DNA of 64,000 bases from Eledone cirrhosa (GCA_964016885.1 OZ024745.1:88846001-88910000); one strand, 5' to 3'. Positions 11,522 to 25,759 are shown, numbered from the stretch's first letter. Notes: generated by a model not told the origin, from the sequence alone. Translations and numbers: made by a program.

Positions 11522-11797
11522 TATGTAATATATTATAAAGTAAGAAGAAATATTACACATAAATAAATACCCATTTTTCCTTCAAATTCCCGACTGTACA
11601 GTTTCGAAATTGTACTGTTTTGAAATTTTTCCATGAGGAGTTCCCTTGAAAAGTCGGCAAACCTCACAAAAATGTTACATCTTTATGATATGGGATTTTT
11701 GCATAGTAGCTACGAAACTGTACAGTCGGGAATTCGAAGAAAAAATAGGTATTTATTTATGTCTAATATTTCTTCTTATTTTATAATGTATTACATA
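11522..11797. mobile_element. Small fold-back PLE-LTR-like fragment, family 2
   Basis: Inverted arms at about 11522-11606 and 11713-11797, with an HHR motif. Confidence 0.65.
11638..11735 (+). ncRNA. Type I hammerhead ribozyme, U3-A8 core variant, long stem II
   Basis: GAGTTCCC TTGAAAA [~60 nt] GAAA C-TGTACA-G TC GGGAATTC. Confidence 0.65.
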
Positions 11798-12051
11798 GCT
11801 CTGATATAGAGTCAATTTAATTATTCCTATTATCTTGTCTCTCATAGTCATAGAGCAACACTCGTTAAGGTGCACAACACACAATCTCTCATACTTGTGA
11901 AAAATGTATGTGTATATATGCATGTATATGTATGTATACACATATATCTGTGTACCTCTCGTTATTGTATATATATGGCGGTGGATTGGCAGTATCGGTA
12001 GAGGGTCGGGCGCCATGTTTTGAAGCATGGATTTACCTCCGTTTATGATCT

Positions 12052-12165
12052 GAGTTCAAATGCCGCCGAGGTTAACTTTGCCTTTCATCCTTACGGGGTC
12101 GATAAAATAAAATACCAGTAATGCACTGGGATAATTGCTGGCCTTGTGCCAAAAGTGGAAACAAT
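12052..12165 (+). mobile_element. SINE fragment (octopus-type)
   Basis: GAGTTCAAAT..CGCCGAGGT..ACTTTGCCTTTCATCC..GGGGTCGATAAA..ACCAG..GGCCTTGTGCC. Related copies at 28005-28190 and 50630-50800. Confidence 0.7.
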
Positions 12166-12532
12166 TATTGTATATATATATATATATATATAGTATATAT
12201 ATATATATATAGTATATATATATATATAGTATATGTGTGTGTGTCTGTTAACAAACATACACACGTATTCATGCATATACATATATTTTAGGGGTGATCT
12301 ATTTCGCTTGAGATATAAATATACATATATATATATTTATACATTATATGCAGCAAAGATCGATAAGAATAAAATGCACGGCTAATTAAGTTTAATCAAT
12401 ACATATAAATTCAGTAATTGTAACTGGTGAGATATGTCCTTAACATGCACTGGAACATATGCATACATACATATATGTATGCATACATACATATATGCAT
12501 ACATACATACATACATACATACATACATACAT

Positions 12533-15500
12533 AGACAGTCAACGCGATCAGTTGCATATTTTGGCGTGGGAGACTATTTATTAAATTTAAGATGAATACT
12601 ATATCCAACAGTAATACCACAACTACAATCATGTTGAATAACTGGTTATTCTTCTAACTATCCCTTCCCTAGACACCTTTTACTCGAATTCGTAGATATC
12701 CGACTAAATACATAATTCATTTTACAAGGATTTGCTACAAACAGCATGGCTGAACACAACATCAACAAAACAATTAAGGAAGTACCGAAGTCAAATAACA
12801 AGGAAGGTAATCAAACTTTATTCAGTTGTAGCTACAGAAGAAACCGAAATTATAAATCGCATTTCTCTTGGAGTTGCGAAATTAATAATGATTTATTTAA
12901 TTGTTATAAAATGGCAAAAAACAATCCCTCCATTGGCTATATGAATAGAATGAAGCTACACTGGGACGAAATGTACCCAGAGCTAAATTATTTAACAGCG
13001 AAACAATTACGCCAACGTGCGACGTTTTTTGAACGTAAAAATAAGATAAATATTATTAATTATAAGTCCCCACAACAAACATGTTTTCAACATCAAGTGT
13101 TACAGGTCGCCATGCTACTAGACTTCCTAGAAGCCAGCTCGAACAGCGTCTTGAAACAACTATGCCTGTAAGAAACTTGACACCACCTGTACCATCTAAG
13201 TCTACCTCGAATGCTGGGGAAAACACTATCGATAATAATAATAATCGAAGAAATTTGACACCACGTGTACCATCCGAGTCTACCTCGACTATTGTGGAAA
13301 TTACTATCGATAATGATAATCAAAATTTCTCTCAATGAAATCTTCCAGAGAGAAATTAATTCATGTATAAATATCTCTCTTGCTGAACGTGTTAAAACGA
13401 CAATCTTGAATTAAAAAAACCAAATAATGAAATGTTATGTGTTATTGACGAAATAGGGGATGAATATTTACGACGGATAAAAACCCCAACATTTTGGCAA
13501 TTCAACGCCTGTTTATATGCCTTAGCAATGATAGTGAAGCATTATTTTGGTGATAGCAGAGATATTAACAAGAACAAAACACCACCAAAAATACCATCAT
13601 ATATAACTAAAATAGAAAAAAAGATTGCTGACCTATGAAAAAACATAGGATATGTGATAATGCTCCTTACATGCAAACAAACACAAAAAACCTCACTCCT
13701 CACCAACAAAGAGTGAAAAATAAAATAGAGCCGTTGTTTGGTAACAGTAGAACCAGAACTCGCCAATATAAGCTGATCACCCTCAAACAAAAATTGAGAG
13801 CGGTTAGCGAAAAATGCCGATACCTGAAGAGGGTAGATGAAAGAAAAGTGCGTAATAAAAGATTCAGACGAAACCAAACATCAGTCTATCGAGATAATGA
13901 AGGGCAAAATAATGTGTCACTGAGGCCCCATCCTAGAAAGACATAGATTCCTTTTGGAGCAAAATATGGGGTGAAAAGTAGAATTTCAACCAAGATGCAG
14001 TGTGGCTAAGAGAAATCCGAAAGAACTATTGCTTCTACACTACAACAAAAACATACGAAATAAGTGAGGGTACCCTTGAGACTGTGATAGGAAAACTCCA
14101 AGATAAGAAAACACCAGGAAGAGACATGATTGTCGGCTACTGGTACAAAAAACTGATATTCTATCGGAGGTATCTTACTGGCCTCTACCAACAAGTTCTT
14201 GAGGGAGATACACTCATACCTGAATGGTTGACATTAGCACAAACATTACTGGTCCCCAAGAACAAAGACACCCATTTGGCAAAAAACTACCGACCCATTG
14301 CATGCCAGAACATGATGTTTAAGATGTATACAGCCTGCATGAACCTATTCCTCACTGATCACTGTGAAAATAATAACATCATCACAGATGAACAAGCAGC
14401 TGGAAAGAAAGGGGTTTGGGAATGTGCTGAATAACTCCTAATCAACAAAACTGCGATGTCGGAGGTGAGACAACTTAGGAGGAATATGACTACAGTCTGG
14501 CTGGACTACAGGAAAGCTTTCGATTCTGTTCCCCACTCTTGGATGATAGAGGCCCTCCAACTTGCTAAAGTCCCAGTCATTATTGTCAGAGCCATAGAGA
14601 GAATGTCTTCTTCTTGGGCTAATATCCTAAGGTTAAAGACAGAGAGGGAGGACTCTATTTTCACCGATAAAATAAAATATTGCAGGAGTATATTTCAGGC
14701 AGACAGTCTCTCTGTGATATTATTCATCTTGCCATTAAAGCCCTTGTCCTTTCTACTCAAGAAATTGGAGGGATACATCATTGGCTCACAGGAGGACAGA
14801 AATACGAACCTACCCATAATTTCTTTGTGGACTATCTGGAACTCTATGCCAAGAACATGGATGGGATGAAGAAAAATCTTCACCTGGTTACAACGTTCTC
14901 AAAGGATATAGGAATGGAGTTTGGCCAAGATAAATGCTCATATATGACTGTAAAGCGGGGAAACACAACAATCCAATCTAGCAACATTGTCATCAATGGC
15001 CTAACTGTTTCACCGATATCTGATGAGGACTGCTACAGATACCTGGGGATAGATGAGAACATATCCTATAATGGCATTTGTAATAAAGAACGCGTAACCA
15101 GGGAATACTACACCCGATTAAGAAAGATCTGGTCATCGGAACTCTCTGCGCAAAGCAAAACACTGGCTAACAATGTGTTTTCTGTACCTGTCCTAACACC
15201 AACATTTGGACGATAGACGAAATCCGAGCAGTTGATGTTGGAACTCGAAAAGTACTAAACAACACCGGAAACTTCCACATCAACAGTGACATAGACCGCC
15301 TTTACTTGAAACGTAAGCAGGGAGGCTGAGGCCTAACATCAGTCCAGACAGCATTTGAATGTCGCATCATATCCCTCCGACAACATCTACGAACCTCGAA
15401 GCGTAGGAGCCCGTCTCTCGAACAAGTCTATCTGCATGAAACAGATAAGATCATGAGAGTTGGGAAGGAACTCCTCGAGAGATATTCCCTGTGAGATAAC

Positions 15501-16590
15501 CAAAAACTCACACACAGGGATATCGCTCAGCAGTATCGCAGTGAATCCATGGATGAAAAACTGCATGCTTATCATCAAAAAAGCATGCATGGATATGTTG
15601 CCAGGAAGCTCCAGAGTGAGATTAATATAGATAAGGAAAGTAGTCTATCTTGGAACAACAACCGCTAAAATTGGCTCCCACTTTTAGGGATACGCTTTTG
15701 CAATCCAAGAGCAGGAGATTAACACAAAATACCTGATTCAGAAAATAGATAGGGATGCAGACAAAACACCTAGATGTGATAACAAGTGCAGACTCTGCAG
15801 AACTAACATCGAGGATATCACCCATATCATCAGCAGCTGTCCAAAGATGTCATCGCGGTACTATCTACCTATGAGGTATGATGTAGTGGCCAAAACTCTG
15901 TACGATGCAGTTCGTAAAAAAGATAGCCTGATAATAAACACATTAAAATCTACAGCAATGTGGAAGACATCCATGTACATCATAAGAAAGAGTACTGGTG
16001 GAATGTTCCAGTAAAAAACCCCAATAAAATGCAGGCATGACAGACCAGATATTATCATATGGGACAAGGAGAAGAAAGCATGCCCAGCAGATGCCAATAT
16101 AATATCAAAGATTAGTAAAAAGGAGAATATTTATGCAGAACTGATGAGAAATCTGTAGATACTCCACCCTGATTACACCTTCAGATTTATGCCTGTGATT
16201 ATTGAGGCACTGGGGTATGTTAGTAACTGCCTCAATACAAATCTTGAGAAGCTAGGCTTCACAGGAACAGAAAGAACACAACTAGTTAGGAAATTACAAG
16301 TACAATCAATTAATGGAACAGTAAAAATATGTAAAATATTCCAGAAATGTTGCATCTAATAACTGCATCTACACATGTACAGATGCAAAGCATATACACA
16401 TGCACACATACAACTCAAAATATAAACATCCACACATACAATAACATCCATATGTACACATGCATGCATACATACGTAATCTACCAAGTTGATGTTGTGT
16501 AAATTCAAATGAGAGTCTTGTGTCTATGCTAGAAATTGACTCTCTCTCTCTATTGGGAAAACTTTGTGCAATTATAAAACCAGAAGAACA
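12533..16590 (+). mobile_element. Decayed near-full-length R4/Dong-clade element flanked by (CATA)n
   Basis: Broken ORFs with GYMNRMKLHWDE.YPE, KTPGRD, YRPIAC, WLDYRKAFDSVPH, IFQADSLS, CRLC..HIISSC and RPDIIIWD. Many stops and frameshifts. Confidence 0.85.
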
Positions 16591-16635
16591 TACATATATG
16601 AATACATACATACATACGCATACATACATATATAC

Positions 16636-17460
16636 ATGATGGCTGCCCCCTTGTTATCGAGTATGGCCATTGCACGATATACCATTATTAATAATTATTA
16701 ATTAATTCTATCGTGCAATGCCTGTGCGTAAATATATTTTTTAAAGTGAAGAAAGACTGTACTAATATACATACATACATACGCACATACACACACACAT
16801 ACATACATACATACATACATACATACATACATACATACATACATACATACATACATACATACATGATGGCTGCAACTCGATTTTGAGTAATGCCATTGCT
16901 TGATACTTAAGCATGATCATGACGACATGACTTTTTAGCCTTCCTATGGCCAGCAATACCATGTATCGCACAAAATGTCACATGTTAAACGATGCCTGTC
17001 CTCGAAGCATTTTTTAAGTGAGGAAAGGCTTTGCACCGGGCTAATCCCACTCTCTTGGTTGGGTTGCGGGTTTAGTTGCCGACGACCCAACAATGCACAG
17101 GTTGTCCTGGGTTACATATTACCAGTAGCGCTTAAGTGCGACCTGACATAAGATAGTCTGGTAAGAATATTGCAATCACTTGTCAGACTACAGAAAATAT
17201 TGCACCTTTAGGCTACGGCCAGCCACACGAACCTGTAACAGATCCTGAACAAGCAATGCATGTGCTTTGAAGGATTTTAAGTGGGGAAAAGGCTTTGCAC
17301 TTGACCAACACCCCTCTCTGAGCAACGAAAACACTACCCGAAAAGGAGAACTGGTCAACATCATCGGATGCTTCGGAAGGCGCAGGTTTTTTTTATCAGA
17401 GTTTCCCTCTCTTAGAAAGGTGTTGTGACAACTGGGAACCTTTCACTCCCAGGTAAAAAA
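16636..17460 (+). repeat. Fragments of an unclassified (CATA)n-associated repeat family
   Basis: Start motif ATG(A/G)TGGCTGC..CTCG..GAGTA.GGCCA at about 16637 and 16863, related to the reverse complements of 25760-26320 and 51724-52276. Confidence 0.55.
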
Positions 17461-18022
17461 AAATAAATTAAATACATACATACATCATACATACATACAC
17501 TGCACTAGGGAGCCGCCGACTGCATGGTATCAATAGAAATAGCAACCAATTTCCCAAGCAGTCTCTCCAACAACTGGCTTACTCTTTTCTCTTCACACAT
17601 ATATTCAAATACATAAATATGAGCAACACTAACGACACCTTTGTTCTAAACGTAGAAACACAATACATACATTCATAATAAGGGATATCATATTCCGCCG
17701 TCCGTTTATAAACTGACTGGGCCTCGTCGTAGATTTACTGTTTCCTGGGAGGCAAACATTACTAATATATTCGCCATGAAACCCAGGTAGTACAGTAAGC
17801 TGGTTGAACTCTGTTTAACCAGCGGAGTTTGTGGCATTACGTATTCCCGTAAAGAAACTTTCGAAGATTTTTCGGTAACAAGATTGATTCTATGATCATG
17901 GACTTTGGACAGACGACAAAGAAAAAAAATGAAAACAATTTCGATAGCATTATAGGAGCGGTGGATTGGCTGTTTCAGTAGAGGGTCGGACGCCATGCTT
18001 TGCACCATAGAGTTACGCTCCG

Positions 18023-18071
<49 letters not shown>

Positions 18072-18218
18072 TATTTTCCGTTGTGTTGTAATATAAATAT
18101 TACACACAGTAGATTATCAGCTCACGTAGAGTTTGCTCGACGGTTCCAGTTGTAGTTCCAAATGTAATCCGGAGAAAAATAGAAAGATTTGAATGGATAC
18201 AGTTTAGTTGAAAGGAAT

Positions 18219-18335
18219 TTATTGACACGTGTTTCTATAACAGTTACATAACCTAAAACAGCTATCTACAAACTTTTAGTTATGCAGACATTCAATATTT
18301 CAATGTTATTATTTACTGTCATTTCATCAGAATAA
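18219..18335 (-). ncRNA. Hammerhead ribozyme (inverted LTR copy)
   Basis: Reverse complement of 21919-22035. Confidence 0.8.
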
Positions 18336-18923
18336 TATTACTGAGGACCTATTTAGTTTTTATAGAGAATATTAGGAGGGAGGGGTGAAGTTGTTAGAAG
18401 AATAGTTGAAGGAGTGGTTTTTCGATAGCAGTGAGAATTCTTGGTGGCAGTGAGTAATTAGATTCCCATCTGTTGTTTTGACATTTTTTATAGAATATAT
18501 TATTGGTTATTTTTCTAAATCTATAGAAGGATTAGAGATAGTAAAGATATGCGTGGTTGGTTTTGTGTTTGCACTTAATTAACATTCAGACTTAAATTTT
18601 TCTTTCAAGTGTACGTATCCTTTCACCCACGCATTCACACAAATATATTTGCACACCTCTACAAAATACATATACTCACAATTCACATATTCATACTTAC
18701 ATATATATACACATGCATACACATATATATACACACATGTATTCATGTACATACATACGCGCTCATGTGTATACATTTTCATACTCAACTTATCTTTATA
18801 TACACACGTATAGACACACACATATATACATACATACTCTAGTCCATGTGTACACACATACACATACATACACATCCATATACACATATATACATACACA
18901 TATATATATATATATATATACAC

Positions 18924-18954
<31 letters not shown>

Positions 18955-19310
18955 CATATACATACATACATATATATACACATACACATACATACATATA
19001 TACATATATATAAGCACTTTAATACATGAATACACTTACATCTAACTATACACATCAAACATATATATATATTTACTTATTTATATACATTTTCACATAT
19101 ATATACATACTTATGGACGTTTTTTAGACACATTCATTATCGCATATTTGTACCTATTCTCATCAGCATATCTTTTCATTATTAGTATGGTAATTTAAGG
19201 TTATTAATATATGTTGAGAAGAGATTGTTTTTATATTTTTCTAACTAGATTAAGGTTTATATAGTTGGGGGATGTCCCTCTTTTATGTAATATTCGGCTT
19301 GTAGTGGGAA

Positions 19311-20930
19311 GACCCAAGAAGCAATAAGATGGTTTCATAGCATTAGCAATAAGAATAAATCTAAGTTTATCCAGTTTGATATCGATGAATATTACTCATC
19401 GATATCACCTGAAACTTTGAATAGAGCCATTAAGTTTGCTAAGGATAACTCTGACCTTACAAACGATGAAATTAAGATTATATTAGAAGCTAGGAAAACT
19501 ATAGTCAAATTTGAGAACAGTTATTGGGTACGTAAAGATAGACCCTCTAACTTTGACATAACAATGGGCTCTAACGATTCGGCGGAAATAACTGATATTG
19601 TGGGGTTATTTATCGCCTTTAGACTCCAGGAAAAATTCAGCAATCTCCACGGCGGAATATACCGCGACGATGTTCTCCTCCTAGCTAAAAACCTTAATAA
19701 CCAAAAACTAGAAAAACTACGAAAAGATATAAGAAAACTACTACTCGAAATAGGACTAACTATAACATATGAATACAACCTTAAAGTAGTTAACTTCCTG
19801 GATGTCACACTCAATTTAAACTCTGGTTTGATTAAACCGTTTCATAAATTGAATGAAAATCTCAAATACGTAAATGTTGGGTCTAACCACCCCATCTCTA
19901 TAATTAAATCTATCCCTAAAAATATTTCCCTTAGAATCTCGGGTCTATCTTCTAACATACAAGTATTTAAGGAACACGCCGAGTACTACGATAACGCCCT
20001 TAGTAAAGCAGGCTACCTCAACAAAATAGAGTACATAGATGGGAACAATCAAAACACCCAAAATAAATCCCACATAGGTAGATATAATAACACAACACCA
20101 AACCACACTTACTACCATAGTATGCACACCAGTAAACCAACAAACAAAACTAATAGAAAGCGATGCAAAGAGTACTTATGGTATAACCCCGAATACAATA
20201 GCTCCATTAGTACAAATTTACCAGTACTCTTCTTTAAAATAATTAAAAGACATTTTCCCACATCACACAAATACCACAAAATCCTAAACCCTACCACTAT
20301 AAGACTGTCATACTCTACAGCGTTAAACCTTGAACAACACATAAAAAAGATCAATACTAGAAGGTTAAACGAAAACACTAAGAACTTAAGTACAAAGAAC
20401 ACAAAAAAAAAACAGTAGACAATACACTACAGAACATAAATAAACCACACCTAAGTTCGTCCGCAATACTACTCCAGAGAAAACCCAACGTACACAACTG
20501 TAACTGCACCTATCCTGACAACTGCCCCCTCGGCAATAACTGCCTGGAGAAAAATATTATTTATAAGTGTACCATTAAATCCGGAAGCAACGAGTGGTAT
20601 TACGTGGGATCAACGGCAACATCGTTTAAATCTCGATTGTATAGGCATTCTTACTCAATAAAACACCAGAGCCAAAGAAATGTAACAACTTTAGCAGAAA
20701 AAGCTTGGACGCTCAGGGATAGCGACCAAAAGTTTACCCTAAAATGGGAAAAATTAGCTAAAACCCAAAGCTTTTCCAGGAGCCAAAATTTCTGCAAATT
20801 GTGTAATCTTGAGATTTATTACATAATCACACACAAGAAGAAACTGCTGAATAACAGAATTGAACGAACATTATTCTGCCGTCACAGAACTAAAACCCTT
20901 TTTTCCCACTACAAGCCGAATATTACATAA
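19311..20930 (+). pseudogene. PLE RT plus GIY-YIG endonuclease, frameshift in A-run near 20410
   Basis: FIQFDI..YSSI, MGSNDSAE, IYRDD, NFLDV, WYNP, CNC..CPL...C, IIY..YVG..FKSR. Confidence 0.9.
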
Positions 20931-21287
20931 AAGAGGGACATCCCCCAACTATATAAACCTTAATCTAGTTAGAAAAATATAAAAACAATCTCTTCTCACC
21001 ATATATTAATAACCTTAAATTACCATACTAATAATGAAAAGATATGCTGATGAGAATAGGTACAAATATGCGATAATGAATGTGTCTAAAAACGTCCATA
21101 AGTATGTATATATATGTGAAAATGTATATAAATAAGTAAATATATATATATGTTTGATGTGTATAGTTAGATGTAAGTGTATTCATGTATTAAAGTGCTT
21201 ATATATATGTATATATGTATGTATGTGTATGTGTATATATATGTATGTATGTATATGTATGTGTATGTGTATATATATGTATGTATG

Positions 21288-21354
<67 letters not shown>

Positions 21355-21918
21355 GTGTATGTATATATGTGTATATGGATGTGTATGTATGTGTATGTGT
21401 GTACACATGGACTAGAGTATGTATGTATATATGTGTGTGTCTATACGTGTGTATATAAAGATAAGTTGAGTATGAAAATGTATACACATGAGCGCGTATG
21501 TATGTACATGAATACATGTGTGTATATATATGTGTATGCATGTGTATATATATGTAAGTATGAATATGTGAGTTGTGAGTATATGTATTTTGTAGAGGTG
21601 TGCAAATATATTTGTGTGAATGCGTGGGTGAAAGGATACGTACACTTAAAAGAAAAATTTAAGTCTGAATGTTAATTAAGTGCAAACACAAAACCAACCA
21701 CGCATATCTTTACTATCTCTAATCCTTCTATAGATTTAGAAAAATAACCAATAATATATTCTATAAAAAATGTCAAAACAACAGATGGGAATCTAATTAC
21801 TCACTGCCACCAAGAATTCTCACTGCTATCGAAAAACCACTCCTTCAACTATTCTTCTAACAACTTCACCCCTCCCTCCTAATATTCTCTATAAAAACTA
21901 AATAGGTCCTCAGTAATA

Positions 21919-22035
21919 TTATTCTGATGAAATGACAGTAAATAATAACATTGAAATATTGAATGTCTGCATAACTAAAAGTTTGTAGATAGCTGTTTTA
22001 GGTTATGTAACTGTTATAGAAACACGTGTCAATAA
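21919..22035 (+). ncRNA. Type I hammerhead ribozyme with ~88-nt stem II domain
   Basis: TTATT CTGATGA (A)ATGACAGT..ACTGTTAT(A) GAAA C-ACGT-G TC AATAA. Confidence 0.8.
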
Positions 22036-22069
22036 ATTCCTTTCAACTAAACTGTATCCATTCAAATCT

Positions 22070-22117
<48 letters not shown>

Positions 22118-22119
<2 letters not shown>

Positions 22120-23340
22120 CGGAGGAGTTGTGGTAAAGAACCAGATGAACCATAACGCACCAGAGTACTCAATACTTAGGATAGTAGAGGGGATAATAGT
22201 AGAAAGTATGACCCCGACGGCAGAGCTCAAGCCGTTTCGACGGCTATTTCTGGACTAAAGGAAGAGTTTTTTTTAGTCTGGTAAATAAATAGCCGAACTT
22301 ATAAGGAAATATTGTAGTTGTCAAGGGGATTGGTCAAATTTTGTAGCGGACACAGAAAGGTCTATCATGGCAGTGGATGCGGGCGTGGGTATGGCTGAAC
22401 TTGCCGAATAAGATAGGGTAAACCTCTACTGATATAACTAGATGTACCTCTTTTCTTTTCCTCCATGTTTTCTTCTCTTTGTCTACCCCATCACTTCTTT
22501 CTACCACCGAACTTCTTCCTCGTTCGTTTCTTTGTTTTTGTTGTTTTTTTTCCTCTTTCTCTTACCCCGAAGCAGCCCATCGGGCCTCTTTAGCCTCAGT
22601 ACCCCACCCCAGTAACTTACAGATAGCATTCGGCGATTACGCTATACTAACTATTCATAGCTGTGTTAGACGCCAGTTATGTGATATTAATTTTTAATTC
22701 TAAATTTTTCAATTATTCTCATCTAGCAACTCATTCTGTGGCTTAGGCTGAAATATAGCAGCTGTGTTAGACTCTTTATTTCACTTCTCACTTTCCAATC
22801 TTACTTTCTGTTTCATCTTTCTCTCATTTGTTATTATATTCTTTTTTATTATATTTTTTCTTTGTCCCCTAATCGCACTTCATTTACTATTTCTATAACG
22901 TCCCTCCTCCACTTTCTAAAGATACCATTTTTCGCCAACTTTCTCTGGCCTACTTTCATACACATTCCTTAGAATTTGTCGTGTAAAATTCACCTTCTAC
23001 GCTTGACCGGCTCTACCCACACCCATATCGCTCTACAGGCAATTTCAGCCATCCCCACCCCGCACCCACTGCCATGGTAGACTTTTCTGTGTCCACTACA
23101 AATGTTGACCAAACCGCTTGACAACTACAATCTTTCCATATAAGGAAGTATCCTTGAAAAGTTCGGCTATTTATTTACCAGACTAAAAAAACTTACTTTA
23201 ATCCAGAAATAGCCTTCGAAACGGCTTGAACTCTGCTGTCGGGGTCATACTTTTTCCCTATTTCTCACTCTACTACCCTAAGTATTGAGTACTCTGTTGC
23301 GTTATGGTCCATCTGGTACCTTACCACAATTCCTTTGTTG
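22118..23340. mobile_element. Fold-back PLE LTR remnant, family 4
   Basis: About 22125-22420 is an inverted copy of about 23020-23335. Related to 58801-59892. (TA)n on both sides. Confidence 0.7.
23149..23245 (+). ncRNA. Hammerhead ribozyme, U3-A8 core variant, long stems II and III
   Basis: TATCC TTGAAAA GTTCGGCTATTT..AAATAGCCTTC GAAA CGGC-TTGAACTCT-GCTG TC GGGGT. Confidence 0.65.
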
Positions 23341-23352
23341 TATATATATATA

Positions 23353-23420
<68 letters not shown>

Positions 23421-23423
<3 letters not shown>

Positions 23424-23824
23424 AATAGAATGAAACAAAATTTCATTTCTCACTCTTAGTACGGCACTTACTTAAATGTAAGTATGTATGTATACGTACT
23501 TACATATATGTATACAGACGTACAGTAGCATGTATATATATATATACATACAGGCACACATATATACATGCACGTATCAGTTTACCGAACATTTATTATA
23601 ATGCTCGGTTTGTTCGTTTGTAAACAAACAAACAGCCTGAATAACGCCGTACAGTGTTCAGGCAACCACGTCACCTACTTGTTCAACACTGACACAGGAA
23701 CGATGTACTAGTTTCAAGCTTATTAGCTATCGTCAGCACCATATACCTTTCTGCCAGATGGTTGAACGTCCGAAAGTATATACTTTCCTTATGAAAATTA
23801 ACGGCTGAGCAGCCTAATTTGCAT

Positions 23825-23829
<5 letters not shown>
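23421..23829 (-). mobile_element. Second copy of family 1 HHR-bearing repeat
   Basis: Reverse complement of 8833-9222, embedded in (TA)n on both sides. Confidence 0.75.
23701..23741 (-). ncRNA. Minimal type I hammerhead ribozyme
   Basis: TGGTG CTGACGA TAGCT-AATA-AGCTT GAAA C-TA-G TA CATCG. Confidence 0.8.
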
Positions 23830-23892
<63 letters not shown>

Positions 23893-24099
23893 TAATAATA
23901 ATAAATTTGAAGACTGAAATCCAAAGAGGGCTCGATAAGGATAAATATATATCAAATATATAAGAGTATCGTAGAGCAAATATTTATTAAAATAACAGGT
24001 TAATGTTTAAGCAAAGAATCGCTGCGGGATCTTTTGAAACTAAAAAAGTCTATCTGTGAACGCAGAAGTAAATATTTGCAACCGGAGGAAGACAGGAAG

Positions 24100-24643
24100 A
24101 CGATACTTTGGTCCGTGGAAACGTTCCCTGGCAAAGAACGGGAAAAAACGAAGATAATACATCATTATTTGGGGCTGTGAAACACAATTACACGTAAAGA
24201 CAAAACCACGTTTATGGTATAAAAGAAGTTGTAGACTAATATTCTATTAGGTGGTTCATGGAGACGTTCTCTGGCAATGAATGGAAAAAAACGAAGATAA
24301 TACGTCATTATGTGGATCGTGGAGAACAATTGCACGCAACGACAAAACAACGTAAATGGTATAACTGAAGTTGTAGACTAAAATTCTAACTAGGAAACCG
24401 AATGATTCTCGGCTTCAGAGTTAAGAATAAAGTAAATAAAATACAGAGGTAATTGAAATTAAATAAATACATACACGCATCCAAAAACGTACATACACAA
24501 GTATACGCGAAATCACTCGCCATAGGTACAAATACAAGCACGTACACAAATAAAAACCCGCACGCACATACAGAACCCACGCAACGCCTGTTCCCGCACA
24601 CATACGAATGTATACAGCAAATACACATACAAATGTATATTAA

Positions 24644-24703
<60 letters not shown>

Positions 24704-24932
24704 CGTGTATACATAAAATTAAATAAACGTATATAAATAAGTAATTACGTATATAACGCGCGCACATTCAGTTATACCATTTATGTGGTTTTGTCGTTGC
24801 GTGCAATTGTTCTTTTCCGTGCAATTGTTTTTTCCGTTCAATGCCAGAGAACGTATCTATGAACCACCTAATAGAATATTAGTCTACGACTTCTTTTATA
24901 CCATAAACCTGGTTTTGTCTTCGCGTGTAATT
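24100..24932. repeat. Unclassified repeat with tandem ~140-bp subunits and an inverted copy
   Basis: About 24110-24250 resembles 24255-24390. About 24768-24932 is an inverted copy of about 24180-24370. Confidence 0.55.
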
Positions 24933-25595
24933 TTCAAAAATACACAGTGACTGATCGGCCTGATTTCCATATTAGCAGACTGGCTAATCAGTCAGATCTG
25001 CATATTAGCAGATCCACTGATCAGCCAGATTTGTATATCAGCAGACTGGCCTGTCAGTTTCCTGTATACGAGCGATAAATGGCCGGCTTTGCCAAATTCA
25101 AATAATAATGAAAATGTTCGCTCTACATTGCTGAATCCAATAAATGTAATCTGAGTTTTTCGAACATCAATAATAATTCGATTCGTTTGTAATTACACAA
25201 ACAAGCCTCAATTTTATAACCATGTCAGTAGAATGAACACATCATTCTTGCTCTTGTGTTGGCATGTGAACAGAACTGCAGACACTAATGTTTCTGTGTA
25301 TCACCCTTCACCACCTTCATCTGCTAATTTGCAAATCAGGCCGATCAGTCACTGTGTATTTTTGAAAATAGCATATATTTTCACTACCTCTCACAGTTGG
25401 CAAGTGAACAGTAGAGCTGTACGGATGAAGGGTGATACACAGAAACATTAGTGTTTGCAGTTCTGTTTCACATGCCAACACAAGAGCAATAATGAAGGGT
25501 TCATTCTACTGACATGGCTATAAAATTGAGGCTTGTTTGCGTAATTGCAAATGAATCGAATGTTATTATTAATATTCGAAAAAGTTAGATTATAT
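24933..25595. mobile_element. Fold-back copy of ORF-less HHR repeat, family 5
   Basis: 24933-25310 matches 49093-49613 in permuted order. 25320-25595 is an inverted copy. Confidence 0.75.
25414..25463 (+). ncRNA. Hammerhead ribozyme, mutated core
   Basis: GAGCTGTA CGGATGA AGGGTGATACACA GAAA C-ATTAGT-G TT TGCAGTTC. Confidence 0.6.
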
Positions 25596-25598
25596 TTA

Positions 25599-25629
<31 letters not shown>

Positions 25630-25759
25630 TATATATAACCGGTCGTATATGTGGGGGCGAGTATGCTGGTATATGTATAAATATGTATACTTATATACAT
25701 GCACACATAAATATATGTGTGTGTATGTATGTATATATGTATTTATGCCAGGTCAGCAG

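Larger units (their letters stand above)
18070..22075 (+). mobile_element. Penelope-like element (Naiad-type), 5'-truncated, with inverted LTR copy
   Basis: Inverted arms 18179-19310 and 20903-22075 surround an RT-EN remnant. (TA)n lies on both sides. Confidence 0.9.

Noticed and set aside
20418-20930. Selenocysteine (in-frame UGA) recoding reported for some Naiad PLEs
   Set aside because: The break at 20418 is an A-run frameshift. The linker cysteines I read here and at about 46140-46220 are TGT/TGC, not TGA.
21047-21100. CTGATGA in the Naiad LTR as a second hammerhead
   Set aside because: No properly placed GAAA, stem III or stem I partner.
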